This document shows, in pieces, positions 38,280-47,959 of a stretch of 49,512 nt of DNA. The first letter of the stretch is position 1, and the number at the start of each line of letters is the position of its first letter. The position numbers and the translations under genes were made by a program. Source of the DNA: an uncultured Ignavibacteria bacterium (GTDB lineage: Bacteria; Zixibacteria; MSB-5A5; SM1-73); assembly GCA_964631815.1 (NCBI GenBank), contig CAZWAO010000001.1, positions 1-49,512 on the forward strand, in the 5' to 3' direction. The notes under the pieces are model-generated. The model was not told where the DNA came from. It saw only the letters and a program-made list of their open reading frames with translations, and did no database searches.

Positions 38280-39743
38280 CTATTTCTTCTTTTCCGGCTC
38301 CGGTATTTCCTCCTCTATACCCGCAAGTTTTCTGGCAAGCTCCGCCTTGTCCTCCAATTTCGCCTGGGCGCGTATCACCAGCTTGGCCCCGTCCGGCGAG
38401 CCTCCGCCGTGCATGCATCCGGGAACTCCCGGCCCGATGGTGAACCACTCCACCAGTCGAGCTGCTCTGGCACGAGCCTCAGCCGAGGATTTGGCTTTGA
38501 GATACTTCTTGACCAGATGCCCGTATTTCTCATCCTCGAAATCCACCCACGACGGCAAACAGCCGGTCTCGGCAATGCCGCCGGAGATATCCTGCGCCAG
38601 AACCGAGGTCTCATAGGGCAAAGTGGCCACGTGTACTTTGTTCACGTTGGAGAGCAAGGGGTCGGGCTGCCACACCCCGGAAGGATGTTTCCTTCCCAGA
38701 GTGGCTGCAGCTACTCCCATTCCGAAGGTGGTCTCGTTGTTGATCACCATCCTGGTCAGCTTGTCGGAGAATGGCTTGATCGAGAGTCCGTTGGATCTTG
38801 CCACCAGCATGGCCCCTCCCACCTTCACATCCCCCTGCCCTGCCACGCAGCCGCCGATGGCGGTCCGATAAGGCATGATGAAATTCAAAACCGCGCTTAA
38901 GCTGTATTTGAACTCGCCGCACATAAAAACCCGCTCGTTGGGCACGAACACATCCTCGAAGAAGAGATAAGCCTGGGTGATGCCGCCTTTCTTCACCGGA
39001 ATATCGAAACCTTCCTCTTCCTCGCGGGTATCGGACGGACGGCGCGTCTCCACGATGTAAAGCCCTTTGGTGTCCCGCGGTATGACGAAGCTGATGGACC
39101 AGTCCTTATCCGGTTCTTTGTATCCGGAGCCGGGAAGGACGAAAATCTCGTTGGACGCGGCCACGCCGCAGATCATCACCTTGGCGCCTTTGACCACGAT
39201 GCCATCCGGCCTTTTCTCCACCAAGTGCAGGTTCATGTCCGGGTCTTCCTGCTGGGAGGGCGTTTTGGTCCGGTCGCCTTTGGGATCGGTGAGGGCGCCG
39301 GAGATGGAGATGTCGTTCTTTTGCGCCTGGATCAACCATTTCTTCAGCCTCTCATGGTAGTCCGTTCCCAACTCCTGGTCCATATCGTAGGTGGTGGCCC
39401 ACATGGCATTGATGCAGTTCCAGCCCACGCACCTTCCCCCGGTACAGGTGCCGGTTAAGTTGAACATCAATCGCTTCATCTTGCAGTTGGCCACCATATC
39501 CTCGGCACTCTGGATGACGGACAGATAGCGAGATATCTTCTCTCCGGTCAGGTGTGAGGTGGTGGTCATCAGGTCCTGAATCTTGGAATCATGTTGAGCC
39601 GCATATATCTGCGCATGCCCTTCCACCGTCAATTTGGTGGCCGGATTGCTGGTCACGTCTTCGATCAGCTTGCCGAATTTATAGACGTTCGGCCGCATCT
39701 TTCTCAGACTCTCCTTGTATTGCTCCACGGTTCTTAGTGCCAT
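38280..39743 (-). CDS. abfD: 4-hydroxybutyryl-CoA dehydratase / vinylacetyl-CoA delta-isomerase family protein
   Basis: 487 aa. Full-length resemblance to AbfD/HpaB-fold enzymes: RTVEQYKESLRKMRPNVYKFGKLIEDV, cysteine cluster TGTCTGGRCVGWNC, GGCVAGQGD, and ...CMHGGGSP near the C-terminus. Confidence 0.88.
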   Translation of the reverse strand: MALRTVEQYKESLRKMRPNVYKFGKLIEDVTSNPATKLTVEGHAQIYAAQHDSKIQDLMTTTSHLTGEKISRYLSVIQSAEDMVANCKMKRLMFNLTGTCTGGRCVGWNCINAMWATTYDMDQELGTDYHERLKKWLIQAQKNDISISGALTDPKGDRTKTPSQQEDPDMNLHLVEKRPDGIVVKGAKVMICGVAASNEIFVLPGSGYKEPDKDWSISFVIPRDTKGLYIVETRRPSDTREEEEGFDIPVKKGGITQAYLFFEDVFVPNERVFMCGEFKYSLSAVLNFIMPYRTAIGGCVAGQGDVKVGGAMLVARSNGLSIKPFSDKLTRMVINNETTFGMGVAAATLGRKHPSGVWQPDPLLSNVNKVHVATLPYETSVLAQDISGGIAETGCLPSWVDFEDEKYGHLVKKYLKAKSSAEARARAARLVEWFTIGPGVPGCMHGGGSPDGAKLVIRAQAKLEDKAELARKLAGIEEEIPEPEKKK

Positions 39744-39784
39744 TGAATTCCTCCGGAACTCTTGAAGGTTAGCGTCCTGCTCAC

Positions 39785-39812
39785 ATTATACACAATCTGA
39801 GCGACAGGTCAA
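39785..39812 (-). promoter_or_regulatory. Sigma70 promoter TTGACC-N16-TATAAT for abfD
   Basis: Read on the reverse strand, ~40 nt upstream of ATG 39743, which has a GGAGGA Shine-Dalgarno. Confidence 0.6.
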
Positions 39813-39880
39813 GCGTATAATGCTGATGCGGAAGGAGCCGCGGTTGGTATACAAACCCCAGAGCGCAGCCAAAAAAGTGG

Positions 39881-39908
39881 TTGCTAAATAAGGAAAGTTG
39901 TTTATAAT
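39881..39908 (+). promoter_or_regulatory. Sigma70 promoter TTGCTA-N16-TATAAT for hbd-ackA
   Basis: Read directly from the sequence, ~55 nt upstream of ATG 39963, which has a GAAGGAAGG Shine-Dalgarno. Confidence 0.6.
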
Positions 39909-39962
39909 AGTGTCTTGTTTTGGGCGCTGCGAAAACCATCGAGTTGAAGGAAGGTAGATCGG

Positions 39963-40859
39963 ATGCCTATAGCAAAAGTGATGATAATCGGGGCCGGCGT
40001 GATGGGCAGGGGAATTTCCCGGCTGCTGGCCGGTGCGGGAATCGAAGTGGTGCTGGTCGACTTGAACCAGGAGATAATAGACGAGAGCCTTAAGCACATC
40101 TCCGAGGAGATGGACTCGGATATCAGCAAGTGGGGCATGACGGAAAGCGAGAAGAGGGCCACACTCTCGCGGATCAAGTGGACCACGGAGTATGACGACG
40201 CCCCGGACGTGGATTTGGCCATCGAGGCCACGCCGGAGGATCTGGAGGCCAAGCAGAAGATATTCTCCAAGCTGGACCACCTGACCCGTCCCGAGATCAT
40301 TCTGATCAGCCACACCTCCACCCTTTCCATAACCGAGATTGCCGCGGTCACCCAAAGGCCCGACAAGGTGGTGGGGTTGCACTTCATCCCCCCGGTGACC
40401 AAAGTCCCCTTGGCAGAGGTGGTAAAAGGTCTGAAGACCTCTCCCGAAACCCTGGATGTGATCAAGCACTTCATAGAAGAGCACTTGGACAAAACCGTGG
40501 TGACCGTGCACGAGTATCCGGGTTACGTCACCACCCGGATCATCGTTCCCATGCTGAACGAGGCCATGCACGTGCTGATGGAGGGCATCGCCACGGCCGA
40601 GGACATCGACACCGCCATCAAGCTGGGCTATGGCTTGACCATTGGTCCTCTGGCTTTGGCGGATATGATGGGCTTGGACGAGGTGATGAGATGGATGGAA
40701 AACCTCCTGCACGAGCTTTCGGATCACAAGTATAATCCCTGTCCCCTGTTGAGAAAGCTGGTGCGGGCCGGACACTTGGGAAAGAAGACCGGGCAGGGAT
40801 TCTTCGAGTACGACGAAGAAGGAAACAAGCTGGGAATGGCCGATTTGTCCAACAGATGA
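39963..40859 (+). CDS. hbd: 3-hydroxybutyryl-CoA (3-hydroxyacyl-CoA) dehydrogenase, NAD-binding
   Basis: 298 aa. Rossmann motif VMIIGAGVMGRGI, EATPEDLEAKQKIF, SHTSTLSITEIA, HFIPPV..VPLAEVV, GYVTTRI. Confidence 0.9.
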   Translation: MPIAKVMIIGAGVMGRGISRLLAGAGIEVVLVDLNQEIIDESLKHISEEMDSDISKWGMTESEKRATLSRIKWTTEYDDAPDVDLAIEATPEDLEAKQKIFSKLDHLTRPEIILISHTSTLSITEIAAVTQRPDKVVGLHFIPPVTKVPLAEVVKGLKTSPETLDVIKHFIEEHLDKTVVTVHEYPGYVTTRIIVPMLNEAMHVLMEGIATAEDIDTAIKLGYGLTIGPLALADMMGLDEVMRWMENLLHELSDHKYNPCPLLRKLVRAGHLGKKTGQGFFEYDEEGNKLGMADLSNR

Positions 40860-40922
40860 GGGCTTATCCCGTTTTCCTTAAGATAAGTTAGCGGAAAAAC
40901 TCTCTCGAGGCAACGCACTCAC

Positions 40923-42158
40923 ATGAAGACATTGGTTTTGAACTCCGGCAGTTCGTCCGTCAAGTATCAGTTCATAGACGTCAGCAAATCATACGTGCTG
41001 GCCAAGGGGATGGTCTCGCGCATCGGGGCCAGTGCCGCCGTGCTGGTACACAAGCCGCATGACCGGCCGGAGGTGACCATCTCCAGCGAGATTTTGGATC
41101 ATATCATGGCGGTGGAACACGTGATCGCCATGCTGCTCTCGCCCAATCACGGCGTGATCCGCGACAAGTCGGAGATCGACGCTGTGGGGCACCGGGTGGT
41201 GCACGGGGGCGAGAAATTTCCCGATTCGGTGCTGGTCGACCGGGAGGTGCTGCAGGTCCTGCGAAGCTGCATCGAGCTGGCGCCCTTGCATAATCCCCAC
41301 AACATTCGGGGCATCACCGCCTGCATGCAGATTCTCCCGGGGGTTCCTCAGGTGGCGGTGTTCGATACCGCCTTCCATCACCACATGCCGCCCCATGCCT
41401 ACGTTTACGGAATCCCCTATGTGCTGTACAAGAGATACTCCATACGCCGATACGGGTTTCACGGCACCTCGCATTTCTACGTTTCCCGTAGAGCCGCCCG
41501 GATAATGGAGCGGCCCATCGAGGACTTGAGGATCATCACCTGCCACCTGGGAAACGGCGCCAGCATGGCGGCCATCAAAGGAGGAGTTTCCATCGACACC
41601 TCCATGGGATTCACCCCCCTGGAGGGGCTTTTGATGGGAACCCGCTCCGGCGATTTGGATCCGGCCATAATCCTGCACATCATGGCCCGGGAGGAGCTTT
41701 CGCTGCATGAAGCCAACACGCTGCTGAACAAGCACAGCGGACTGCAGGGCATCTCGGGCATCTCCGGAGACATGCGCGACATCATCAGCGAGGCGCACCA
41801 GGGGAATTCCTCCGCCCAGCTGGCCCTGGACGTTTACTGTTATCGCATTCGTAAGTACATCGGAGCCTACACCGCGGTGTTGGGCGGTCTGGATGCTTTG
41901 ATCTTCACCGCCGGAATAGGAGAGAACTCGGCGGTAGTGAGAAAGAAGTGCTGTCAGGGACTGGAGTTTCTGGGCATCCGGATCGACGACGCCAAAAACG
42001 AGGAGGCCGGCAACAAGTCGGCCAGCTCCATCCGGGCGGCCGACTCCCCAGTGGAGGTTTTGGTGATACCCACCAACGAGGAGCTGGTGATCGCCATAGA
42101 CACCCAGAAGACCATTCAGGAGGCGGAGGAAAAGAAGAAGATGCGGAAAGGAGTCTGA
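40923..42158 (+). CDS. ackA: Acetate (short-chain acid) kinase
   Basis: 411 aa. LVLNSGSSSVKYQ, GHRVVHGG, HNPHNI, FDTAFHHHMP, YGFHGTSH, CHLGNGASM, TAGIGENS. Confidence 0.9.
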   Translation: MKTLVLNSGSSSVKYQFIDVSKSYVLAKGMVSRIGASAAVLVHKPHDRPEVTISSEILDHIMAVEHVIAMLLSPNHGVIRDKSEIDAVGHRVVHGGEKFPDSVLVDREVLQVLRSCIELAPLHNPHNIRGITACMQILPGVPQVAVFDTAFHHHMPPHAYVYGIPYVLYKRYSIRRYGFHGTSHFYVSRRAARIMERPIEDLRIITCHLGNGASMAAIKGGVSIDTSMGFTPLEGLLMGTRSGDLDPAIILHIMAREELSLHEANTLLNKHSGLQGISGISGDMRDIISEAHQGNSSAQLALDVYCYRIRKYIGAYTAVLGGLDALIFTAGIGENSAVVRKKCCQGLEFLGIRIDDAKNEEAGNKSASSIRAADSPVEVLVIPTNEELVIAIDTQKTIQEAEEKKKMRKGV

Positions 42159-42162
42159 AGGG

Positions 42163-42495
42163 TTGCGAAAAGCTCTTGTCACGGTTCTGTGTTTCTCCGC
42201 CATGATGGCCTGCCAGAAGTCCAGGGTGGAGAGTCTGCGGGCACGGCTGGACGAATTCCGGAACGTTCTCCCCTCCCAAATAAGACAACAGTTCGACTCC
42301 CGGGACTACGAAAATGTGGCGGCGGCCATCGACTCGCTTGTCCAAGTCGACCCCCAGTTCAATGAACGCTACCAAAAAGTCAAGCACGAAGAGTTGATAG
42401 ACATCTTTTCTTCCCAGGAGGTGGTGGACTTCTTTCGGGAGCATTTCGTGGAGGAGATCGAAAAGCTCACCCGGACCCAATCAACGGACGGGTAA
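42163..42495 (+). CDS. Small lipoprotein of unknown function
   Basis: 110 aa. TTG start 4 nt after the ackA stop, preceded by GGAAAGGAG. Lipobox SAMMAC. Confidence 0.45.
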   Translation: MRKALVTVLCFSAMMACQKSRVESLRARLDEFRNVLPSQIRQQFDSRDYENVAAAIDSLVQVDPQFNERYQKVKHEELIDIFSSQEVVDFFREHFVEEIEKLTRTQSTDG

Positions 42496-42696
42496 GGTAT
42501 CTCACTGGTTAGAGTCTGAAGCTCTCGCTCTTTGCAGAAGTCGAAGTCTGAATTTCAGCTTAACCGGAAAAGGTGATTCTGAAAAAGCCGGAGCAGACAG
42601 CGGAAACGTCCCAGACAAAAAAATTAGAATTATGTTCGCAACGAAAATCTCGATTCATCTGAAAATAGTTCATAAGCTATTCCACAGGAGGACGGT

Positions 42697-43551
42697 TTGT
42701 ACGAGATACTTGAACTTAAAAAGCTCGCCCCACAAATCAATCTGCTGAAGCTTCATCTCCCTTTGATAACCCAAAGGGCCAAGGCAGGACAGTTTGTGGT
42801 GTTGAGAATCCACGAAGAGGGTGAAAGGATTCCCATGTCCATCACCGATCTGGACCCGGAGAGCGGAATTCTCACCATCATCTTTCAGGAGGTGGGAAAG
42901 ACCACCGCCCAGCTGGCCACTTTGAAGAAGGGCGGCTTCCTGGCGGACGTGGTTGGTCCTCTGGGCATTCCCACGCATGTGGAGAATTACGGCTACTGTG
43001 TCTGCGTGGGCGGCGGCATCGGCATCGCTCCCATACACTTTGTGGCCAAAGCTCTTAAGGCAGCGGGGAACCGCGTGATATCCATCATCGGTGCCCGTAG
43101 CAAGAACTTGCTCATCTTGGAACAGGAGATGAGAGAGCTGAGCGACGAGCTTCATATCTCCACAGATGACGGCTCGTATGGTCACCATGGATTCGTCACG
43201 GACATTCTGACCGAGCTTCTTTCGCACGAGCCCAAGCCCGACTTCATCATGGCCGTCGGACCGGTGATAATGATGCGAGCGGTGTGCGGCGTCACCGGGC
43301 CACACGGCATTCCCACTCTGGTCAGCTTGAACCCCATCATGGTTGACGCCACCGGCATGTGCGGGGCCTGCCGGGTGACCGTGGGAGGAAAGACCAAGTT
43401 CGCCTGCGTGGACGGTCCGGACTTCGACGGACATCAGGTGGATTTCGACGAGCTGATAAAAAGACAAGCCATGTATCAACGGCAGGAGAAGATGGCCATG
43501 GAGAGATGGGAGAGGATGTGCCAGGCCGGATCGAAGGGAGGTGCTGCCTGA
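42697..43551 (+). CDS. nfnA: NfnA/SudB-type ferredoxin-NADP+ reductase-like subunit (FAD, [2Fe-2S])
   Basis: 284 aa, TTG start after AGGAGGA. GQFVVLRIHEEGERIPMSI, VGGGIGIAPI, and the C-terminal Cys motif GMCGACRV...FACVDGP. Confidence 0.85.
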   Translation: MYEILELKKLAPQINLLKLHLPLITQRAKAGQFVVLRIHEEGERIPMSITDLDPESGILTIIFQEVGKTTAQLATLKKGGFLADVVGPLGIPTHVENYGYCVCVGGGIGIAPIHFVAKALKAAGNRVISIIGARSKNLLILEQEMRELSDELHISTDDGSYGHHGFVTDILTELLSHEPKPDFIMAVGPVIMMRAVCGVTGPHGIPTLVSLNPIMVDATGMCGACRVTVGGKTKFACVDGPDFDGHQVDFDELIKRQAMYQRQEKMAMERWERMCQAGSKGGAA

Positions 43552-44954
43552 TGGACCCCAAAGAGAGACTTAAGATACCGCGGCAGAAGATGCCGGAGCA
43601 AAGCCCCCAGGAAAGGGTCAAGAATTTCAAGGAGGTTCCCCTGGGTCTTACTCCCGATCTGGCCAAAAAAGAAGCCCAGAGGTGTCTGCAGTGCAAGAAA
43701 GCGGTTTGCGTGGCCGGCTGTCCGGTGGAGGTGAACATCCCCGCGTTCGTGCGTCTGATCTCCGAGGGCGATTTCGTGGGGGCGGCGAAGGAGCTGAAGA
43801 AAACCAACAGCTTGCCTGCGATTTGCGGAAGGGTTTGTCCCCAGGAAACCCAGTGCGAATGGCTCTGCACCCTGGGGAAGAAATACAAACCGGTGGCCAT
43901 CGGCGCCCTGGAGAGGTTCGCAGCGGACTACGAGAGGGAAACCGGCAAAGTTGAGATTCCCAAGGTGGCGCCACCCACCGGAAAGAAGGTGGCCGTGGTG
44001 GGCTCCGGGCCTGCAGGTTTGACCGTGGCCGGCGATCTGATCAAGCTGGGACACCAGGTTACGGTTTTCGAGGCGTTGCATAAGACCGGCGGGGTCTTGG
44101 TCTATGGGATACCGGAATTTCGACTACCCAAGACCATCGTTCAGGCCGAGGTGGATTACGTGGAGAAGCTGGGGGTTGAAATCAAGACCAGCTTTGTCGT
44201 GGGGAAACTGTGGACCATTGATGAGCTGTTCGAAGAGGGGTATCATGCGGTTTTCATCGGGACCGGAGCCGGACTTCCGAACTTCATGCACATTCCGGGT
44301 GAGAATTTAAACGGCATCTATTCCGCCAACGAATACCTCACCCGATCCAATTTGATGAAGGCTTACAACTTCCCCGAGTCGGACACGCCCATCTTTTCGG
44401 GAAAGAACGTCGCCGTCTTGGGTGGTGGAAACACGGCCATGGACTCGGTGCGCACCTCGTTGCGGTTGGGCGCAGACAACGCTTACATCGTTTATCGCCG
44501 CTCCAAAGCCGAGATGCCCGCACGAATAGAGGAAATCCACCATGCGGAGCAAGAGGGAGTGCAGTTCCATTTCCTTACCACTCCCATAAAGTACAACGGA
44601 AACCAGGACGGATGGGTGACCTCCATGGAATGCCTGCGCATGGAGCTGGGCGAGCCGGATGCCTCCGGCAGAAGGCGGCCGGTTCCCATCGAAGGCTCCA
44701 ACTTCACCATGCAGGTGGACACGGTGGTGGTGGCCATCGGCAACAGCTCCAATCCGCTGATACCCCAAACCACGCCCGGTCTGCAGGTGAACAAGTGGGG
44801 CAACATCCTGGCCGACGAGGACACCATGAAAACCTCTCGGGAGGGGGTGTGGGCCGGAGGCGACATCGTCACCGGCGGGGCCACCGTGATTTTGGCGGCC
44901 GGTGCGGGCAAGACTGCGGCCAAGGACATGCACCGCTATCTGATGAGCCTATGA
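43551..44954 (+). CDS. nfnB: NfnB/SudA/GltD-type NADPH-dependent oxidoreductase subunit (2x[4Fe-4S], FAD)
   Basis: ATG 43551 overlaps the nfnA TGA as TGATG. CLQCKKAVCVAGCP, CGRVCPQETQCE, VAVVGSGPAGL, VAVLGGGNTAMD. The ORF-track start at 43359 is an Arg/Gly-rich extension overlapping nfnA. Confidence 0.88.
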   Translation: MDPKERLKIPRQKMPEQSPQERVKNFKEVPLGLTPDLAKKEAQRCLQCKKAVCVAGCPVEVNIPAFVRLISEGDFVGAAKELKKTNSLPAICGRVCPQETQCEWLCTLGKKYKPVAIGALERFAADYERETGKVEIPKVAPPTGKKVAVVGSGPAGLTVAGDLIKLGHQVTVFEALHKTGGVLVYGIPEFRLPKTIVQAEVDYVEKLGVEIKTSFVVGKLWTIDELFEEGYHAVFIGTGAGLPNFMHIPGENLNGIYSANEYLTRSNLMKAYNFPESDTPIFSGKNVAVLGGGNTAMDSVRTSLRLGADNAYIVYRRSKAEMPARIEEIHHAEQEGVQFHFLTTPIKYNGNQDGWVTSMECLRMELGEPDASGRRRPVPIEGSNFTMQVDTVVVAIGNSSNPLIPQTTPGLQVNKWGNILADEDTMKTSREGVWAGGDIVTGGATVILAAGAGKTAAKDMHRYLMSL

Positions 44955-45084
44955 TTCTTGGACTTGGAAAATGGATTCGGTATAGTGGGGCCTGCCAAAC
45001 AAAGTGAATCCATTCTTTCCGGACGGTAAACTTGGGTATATGTCATAGGTGGGCCAACCGCGCCCGCCTCATATCAGGCACAAG

Positions 45085-45127
45085 AAAAGACCGGAGCGAC
45101 CCGCAGGTCGCTCCGGTTTTCTTTATT
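45085..45127. terminator. Bidirectional rho-independent terminator between nfnB and the C1 peptidase gene
   Basis: CCGGAGCGACC-CGCA-GGTCGCTCCGG (45091-45116) is flanked by AAAAGA upstream and TTTTCTTTATT downstream. Confidence 0.7.
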
Positions 45128-45149
45128 CTGATCGGGATGGCAAGGACGC

Positions 45150-47621
45150 TTACGGATTGCCAGGCGCAGGCCCGTTTTTGTAAAGGTAATTGAGCAGGTA
45201 AATCGAGTCTCCTATGTCCACCATACCATCCAAGTTCACGTCTCCACAGGAAGTGATGGGATCACATTGCGGAGGTGTGCCGCTCTTGTATAGATAGTTG
45301 AGCAGGTAAATGGCATCGCCCACGTCCACAGCCCCATCGCCGGTGGCATCGCCGCACACGGACTCGCATTCCCATATCCAGACATGGAAGTCGTCCACGC
45401 CGGCTTCCACCACAGAGCCGGTGCCCAAATCCGAGGCCTCGAAGCGAACCCTGACTTGATCGGTCAAAGTGACGACATGCCCGACCCAAAGATCGTATTG
45501 GCTCCAGCCCGGAGAGGTCTCGGGTCCAATGGTCTTGGCCTGGGTCCAGTTGGTCCCGTCGTCGCTGGACAAATAGACCTTGAAGACATCCTCCGCCTTG
45601 GTGGAAGTATTTTGGATGCCCGCGTAGGCAGGAAAGCTGTCCGGGTCCTGTCCGGAGTCATTGGTATACCAGAGAGCGAAGTGGATTCTGGCATCGCTTC
45701 CCTCGCTTAAGTCCAAGGTCGGGGAGATCAGCCGGGTGGCCCCGCCGTCCACGTCCGAATTGCCGTCGACGTTGTCCGTGAGATAGCAGCAGCCGGAGCC
45801 GTCGAAATCGGCAGGCGGGTCGCCCCTGTCGCCGCCTCCCACGGGAACACCGCGCTCCCAGGCACCGGAGGTTAGATAGGGATCGTTTTCCACGGTCCAA
45901 CCCGAATTGGTCTCGAAGTCGTCGGCGAACATGGAGGTAAGCATCCCCACCAGCGAAGAGTAGACTATGGAAGGAGCATATGGCGGATCGTAGACTTCGC
46001 CCGCCAGAGATGCCTGGGCGCTGAAGTAGAATTGAGGCGTCACCCCACAGCCGGCCCCCGGAAGCGTAGCCTCATATAGATCGCCGCCCAGCGATGTCAA
46101 CGGCGCGGAGATGTAAGAGCCGCCTTGATAGCGGTAGTGAAGCATCTCCGTGCCCGGGATGAGAGAATCGTCTTCGTCGCGGATCCGCACCTGAACGCTG
46201 GTGGGAGTGCCCGGCACTAAGAATTCGGGCAAACCATCGGGATAGTCGAAGTTCAAGGGGGTTTCCAGCCGGCTCAGTCCCTTCATGCAGAAGTTCGCCG
46301 TGCCGGTCCAGGGCGGGTCGTCAAAATCCTGCAGGTCGATCCAGACCCCATCCTGGCGATAGTAACTCTGTCCAGGCCTGGCGGAGGACTCCACAATGGT
46401 GCGATACTTGGCGCCTAAAAGCACGGGAACGTCCGAGGTCCGGTCATAGGGCTGACCGCCGTCCGACAGGTACAGGTAGACATAGAAATCCTGGTGGGCT
46501 TGCAGGGGAATAGGTGTATCCAGGTCGATGGTGTGAAATCCGGTGTACTGAATGAATCCCGATTTGGTGGAAAGCACGTCCGTCAACCCACCGCCATCAA
46601 AGCCACCGAATACCGTGACCGTGTAATCGACGTTGTCCGCGGCGGTGAAGAAACTGACGGCCCTCAGCACCTCCTGACCCTTCCCCCCACCCTGGGCCGT
46701 GAAGGCATTGAATGCCTCCAGGCAATCCTGCTTGGTGTCACGCCAGCCGTGGTAATCGTGATAATACACCCGATCGTACGACATGGGCTCGACGTTGTGA
46801 AGAGAGACCGCACCCATCTGGGGATCCTGACAACTGTACTTATCATAGTAGGATATCCAGAAGTAGCCGTTCAAGCACCAACCTTCTCCCCAGGAATTCT
46901 TGACCAACCAGGCGCCCCGCTGGGGAGCCTGGGTCTGTTTGTTGTCGTCCCAGCCGATGATGGTCACCGCATGATTCGGCTCCGAGCTACTGGAAGCCGG
47001 CTGGTAGTGGCAGCAGTTGGACATGTACGAGCCGCTGTAGCATATGCAGGTGCCCATGGCCCCGTATGTCATGATTATTTCTTTGATGGTGTTGATGTTG
47101 GATAGGTCGGTTCCGGCCACGTACCATTCGACGTCCCGGGGGTAGTAATAATGGTAGGAGGTATCGTCTCTGGCCGGAGGATAAGTGAAAGACTGACCGT
47201 CTATGTCTCGCACCGCCCCCTCGCCCCGGCTTAGATAGGCCGAGGCCACTCGATAGTCTCCCCCCTCGTGAACCACCAACCCGCTGCCCGTGGGAGGGGT
47301 GATGTCATCGTTGTTGTTCTCGTTGAAGCCGTTCCACCAATCCAAATGATACTCCGCCAGGTTCGGCTCCCCACTTTCTCCCGCCGCCAGCCAGCCTCCG
47401 GTCATCAGGAGATTGCTCTCCATGGAGGCCATCACACCATGAGTCCAACAAGTGCCGCCCTGCTGGCTTTTGACGGAGGTCACGTAATTGACGCCTCCCA
47501 CGTCTCTGAGATCGAAAGAACTTGGCGGATCAGCCAGGGAGGCCGTGAAAGCACCGGCAGAAATCAGGCACGAGCATAGCAACGCCAGAAAAACGACCAA
47601 AGACCTTCTGCTTTGATTCAT
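45150..47621 (-). CDS. Secreted papain-family (C1) cysteine peptidase with beta-sandwich/MAM-like modules and a C-terminal dockerin (class 2)
   Basis: 823 aa. Signal peptide ([23 protein letters not shown]). Catalytic motifs [11 protein letters not shown] (Cys), [11 protein letters not shown] (His), [10 protein letters not shown] (Asn). The MAM/ConA-like region reads [14 protein letters not shown]...CCYLTDN.... Confidence 0.88.
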   Translation of the reverse strand: MNQSRRSLVVFLALLCSCLISAGAFTASLADPPSSFDLRDVGGVNYVTSVKSQQGGTCWTHGVMASMESNLLMTGGWLAAGESGEPNLAEYHLDWWNGFNENNNDDITPPTGSGLVVHEGGDYRVASAYLSRGEGAVRDIDGQSFTYPPARDDTSYHYYYPRDVEWYVAGTDLSNINTIKEIIMTYGAMGTCICYSGSYMSNCCHYQPASSSSEPNHAVTIIGWDDNKQTQAPQRGAWLVKNSWGEGWCLNGYFWISYYDKYSCQDPQMGAVSLHNVEPMSYDRVYYHDYHGWRDTKQDCLEAFNAFTAQGGGKGQEVLRAVSFFTAADNVDYTVTVFGGFDGGGLTDVLSTKSGFIQYTGFHTIDLDTPIPLQAHQDFYVYLYLSDGGQPYDRTSDVPVLLGAKYRTIVESSARPGQSYYRQDGVWIDLQDFDDPPWTGTANFCMKGLSRLETPLNFDYPDGLPEFLVPGTPTSVQVRIRDEDDSLIPGTEMLHYRYQGGSYISAPLTSLGGDLYEATLPGAGCGVTPQFYFSAQASLAGEVYDPPYAPSIVYSSLVGMLTSMFADDFETNSGWTVENDPYLTSGAWERGVPVGGGDRGDPPADFDGSGCCYLTDNVDGNSDVDGGATRLISPTLDLSEGSDARIHFALWYTNDSGQDPDSFPAYAGIQNTSTKAEDVFKVYLSSDDGTNWTQAKTIGPETSPGWSQYDLWVGHVVTLTDQVRVRFEASDLGTGSVVEAGVDDFHVWIWECESVCGDATGDGAVDVGDAIYLLNYLYKSGTPPQCDPITSCGDVNLDGMVDIGDSIYLLNYLYKNGPAPGNP
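45153..45356 (-). other. Dockerin-type module (class 2, Cys-bracketed)
   Basis: [68 protein letters not shown]. Confidence 0.8.
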
Positions 47622-47762
47622 CGAGGAACTCTCCTTTCGCGGGGTTGTACAGCAGGACCTATCATAGAAACAACCCGGGGGAAAAAACCGTTTTACTCTT
47701 CAGTTCGCTTTTCCATGCTAGGGGAAACAGCCGCCTTGTCGGACAGCGGCTCTTCTTATATC

Positions 47763-47790
47763 AATATAACCGGTTGGCTTGATTTGTCAA
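47763..47790 (-). promoter_or_regulatory. Sigma70 promoter TTGACA-N16-TATATT for the 45150-47621 peptidase gene
   Basis: Read on the reverse strand, ~140 nt upstream of ATG 47621. Confidence 0.5.
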
Positions 47791-47891
47791 GGAGTTAGCA
47801 GGTATGAGATTCCCGCTGTGCTGTTCCGATGACGGATCAACTCCGTTTTCTCCCCCTTTCAGAGGAACACGGGAAGTTGGCGCCAAGGCGC

Positions 47892-47926
47892 AAAAAAAGC
47901 AGGGTCGATTCCCGCATCGACCCTGC
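47892..47926 (-). terminator. Rho-independent terminator of the upstream C1 peptidase paralogue
   Basis: GCAGGGTCGAT-TCCCGC-ATCGACCCTGC is followed on the minus strand by TTTTTTT, 35 nt after the stop at 47960. Confidence 0.75.
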
Positions 47927-47959
47927 TTGTCGCATTCATCTACTCCAGGCTCTGCGCCC

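Noticed and set aside
39786-43479. Antisense ORFs of 329, 404 and 269 aa opposite hbd, ackA and nfnA
   Set aside because: The sense strands have clear family motifs. The antisense translations are repetitive and motif-free.
43359-43550. N-terminal 64-aa extension of the nfnB ORF
   Set aside because: The extension is Arg/Gly-rich and overlaps the nfnA coding frame. The conserved protein starts at ATG 43551, which is coupled to the nfnA stop (TGATG).
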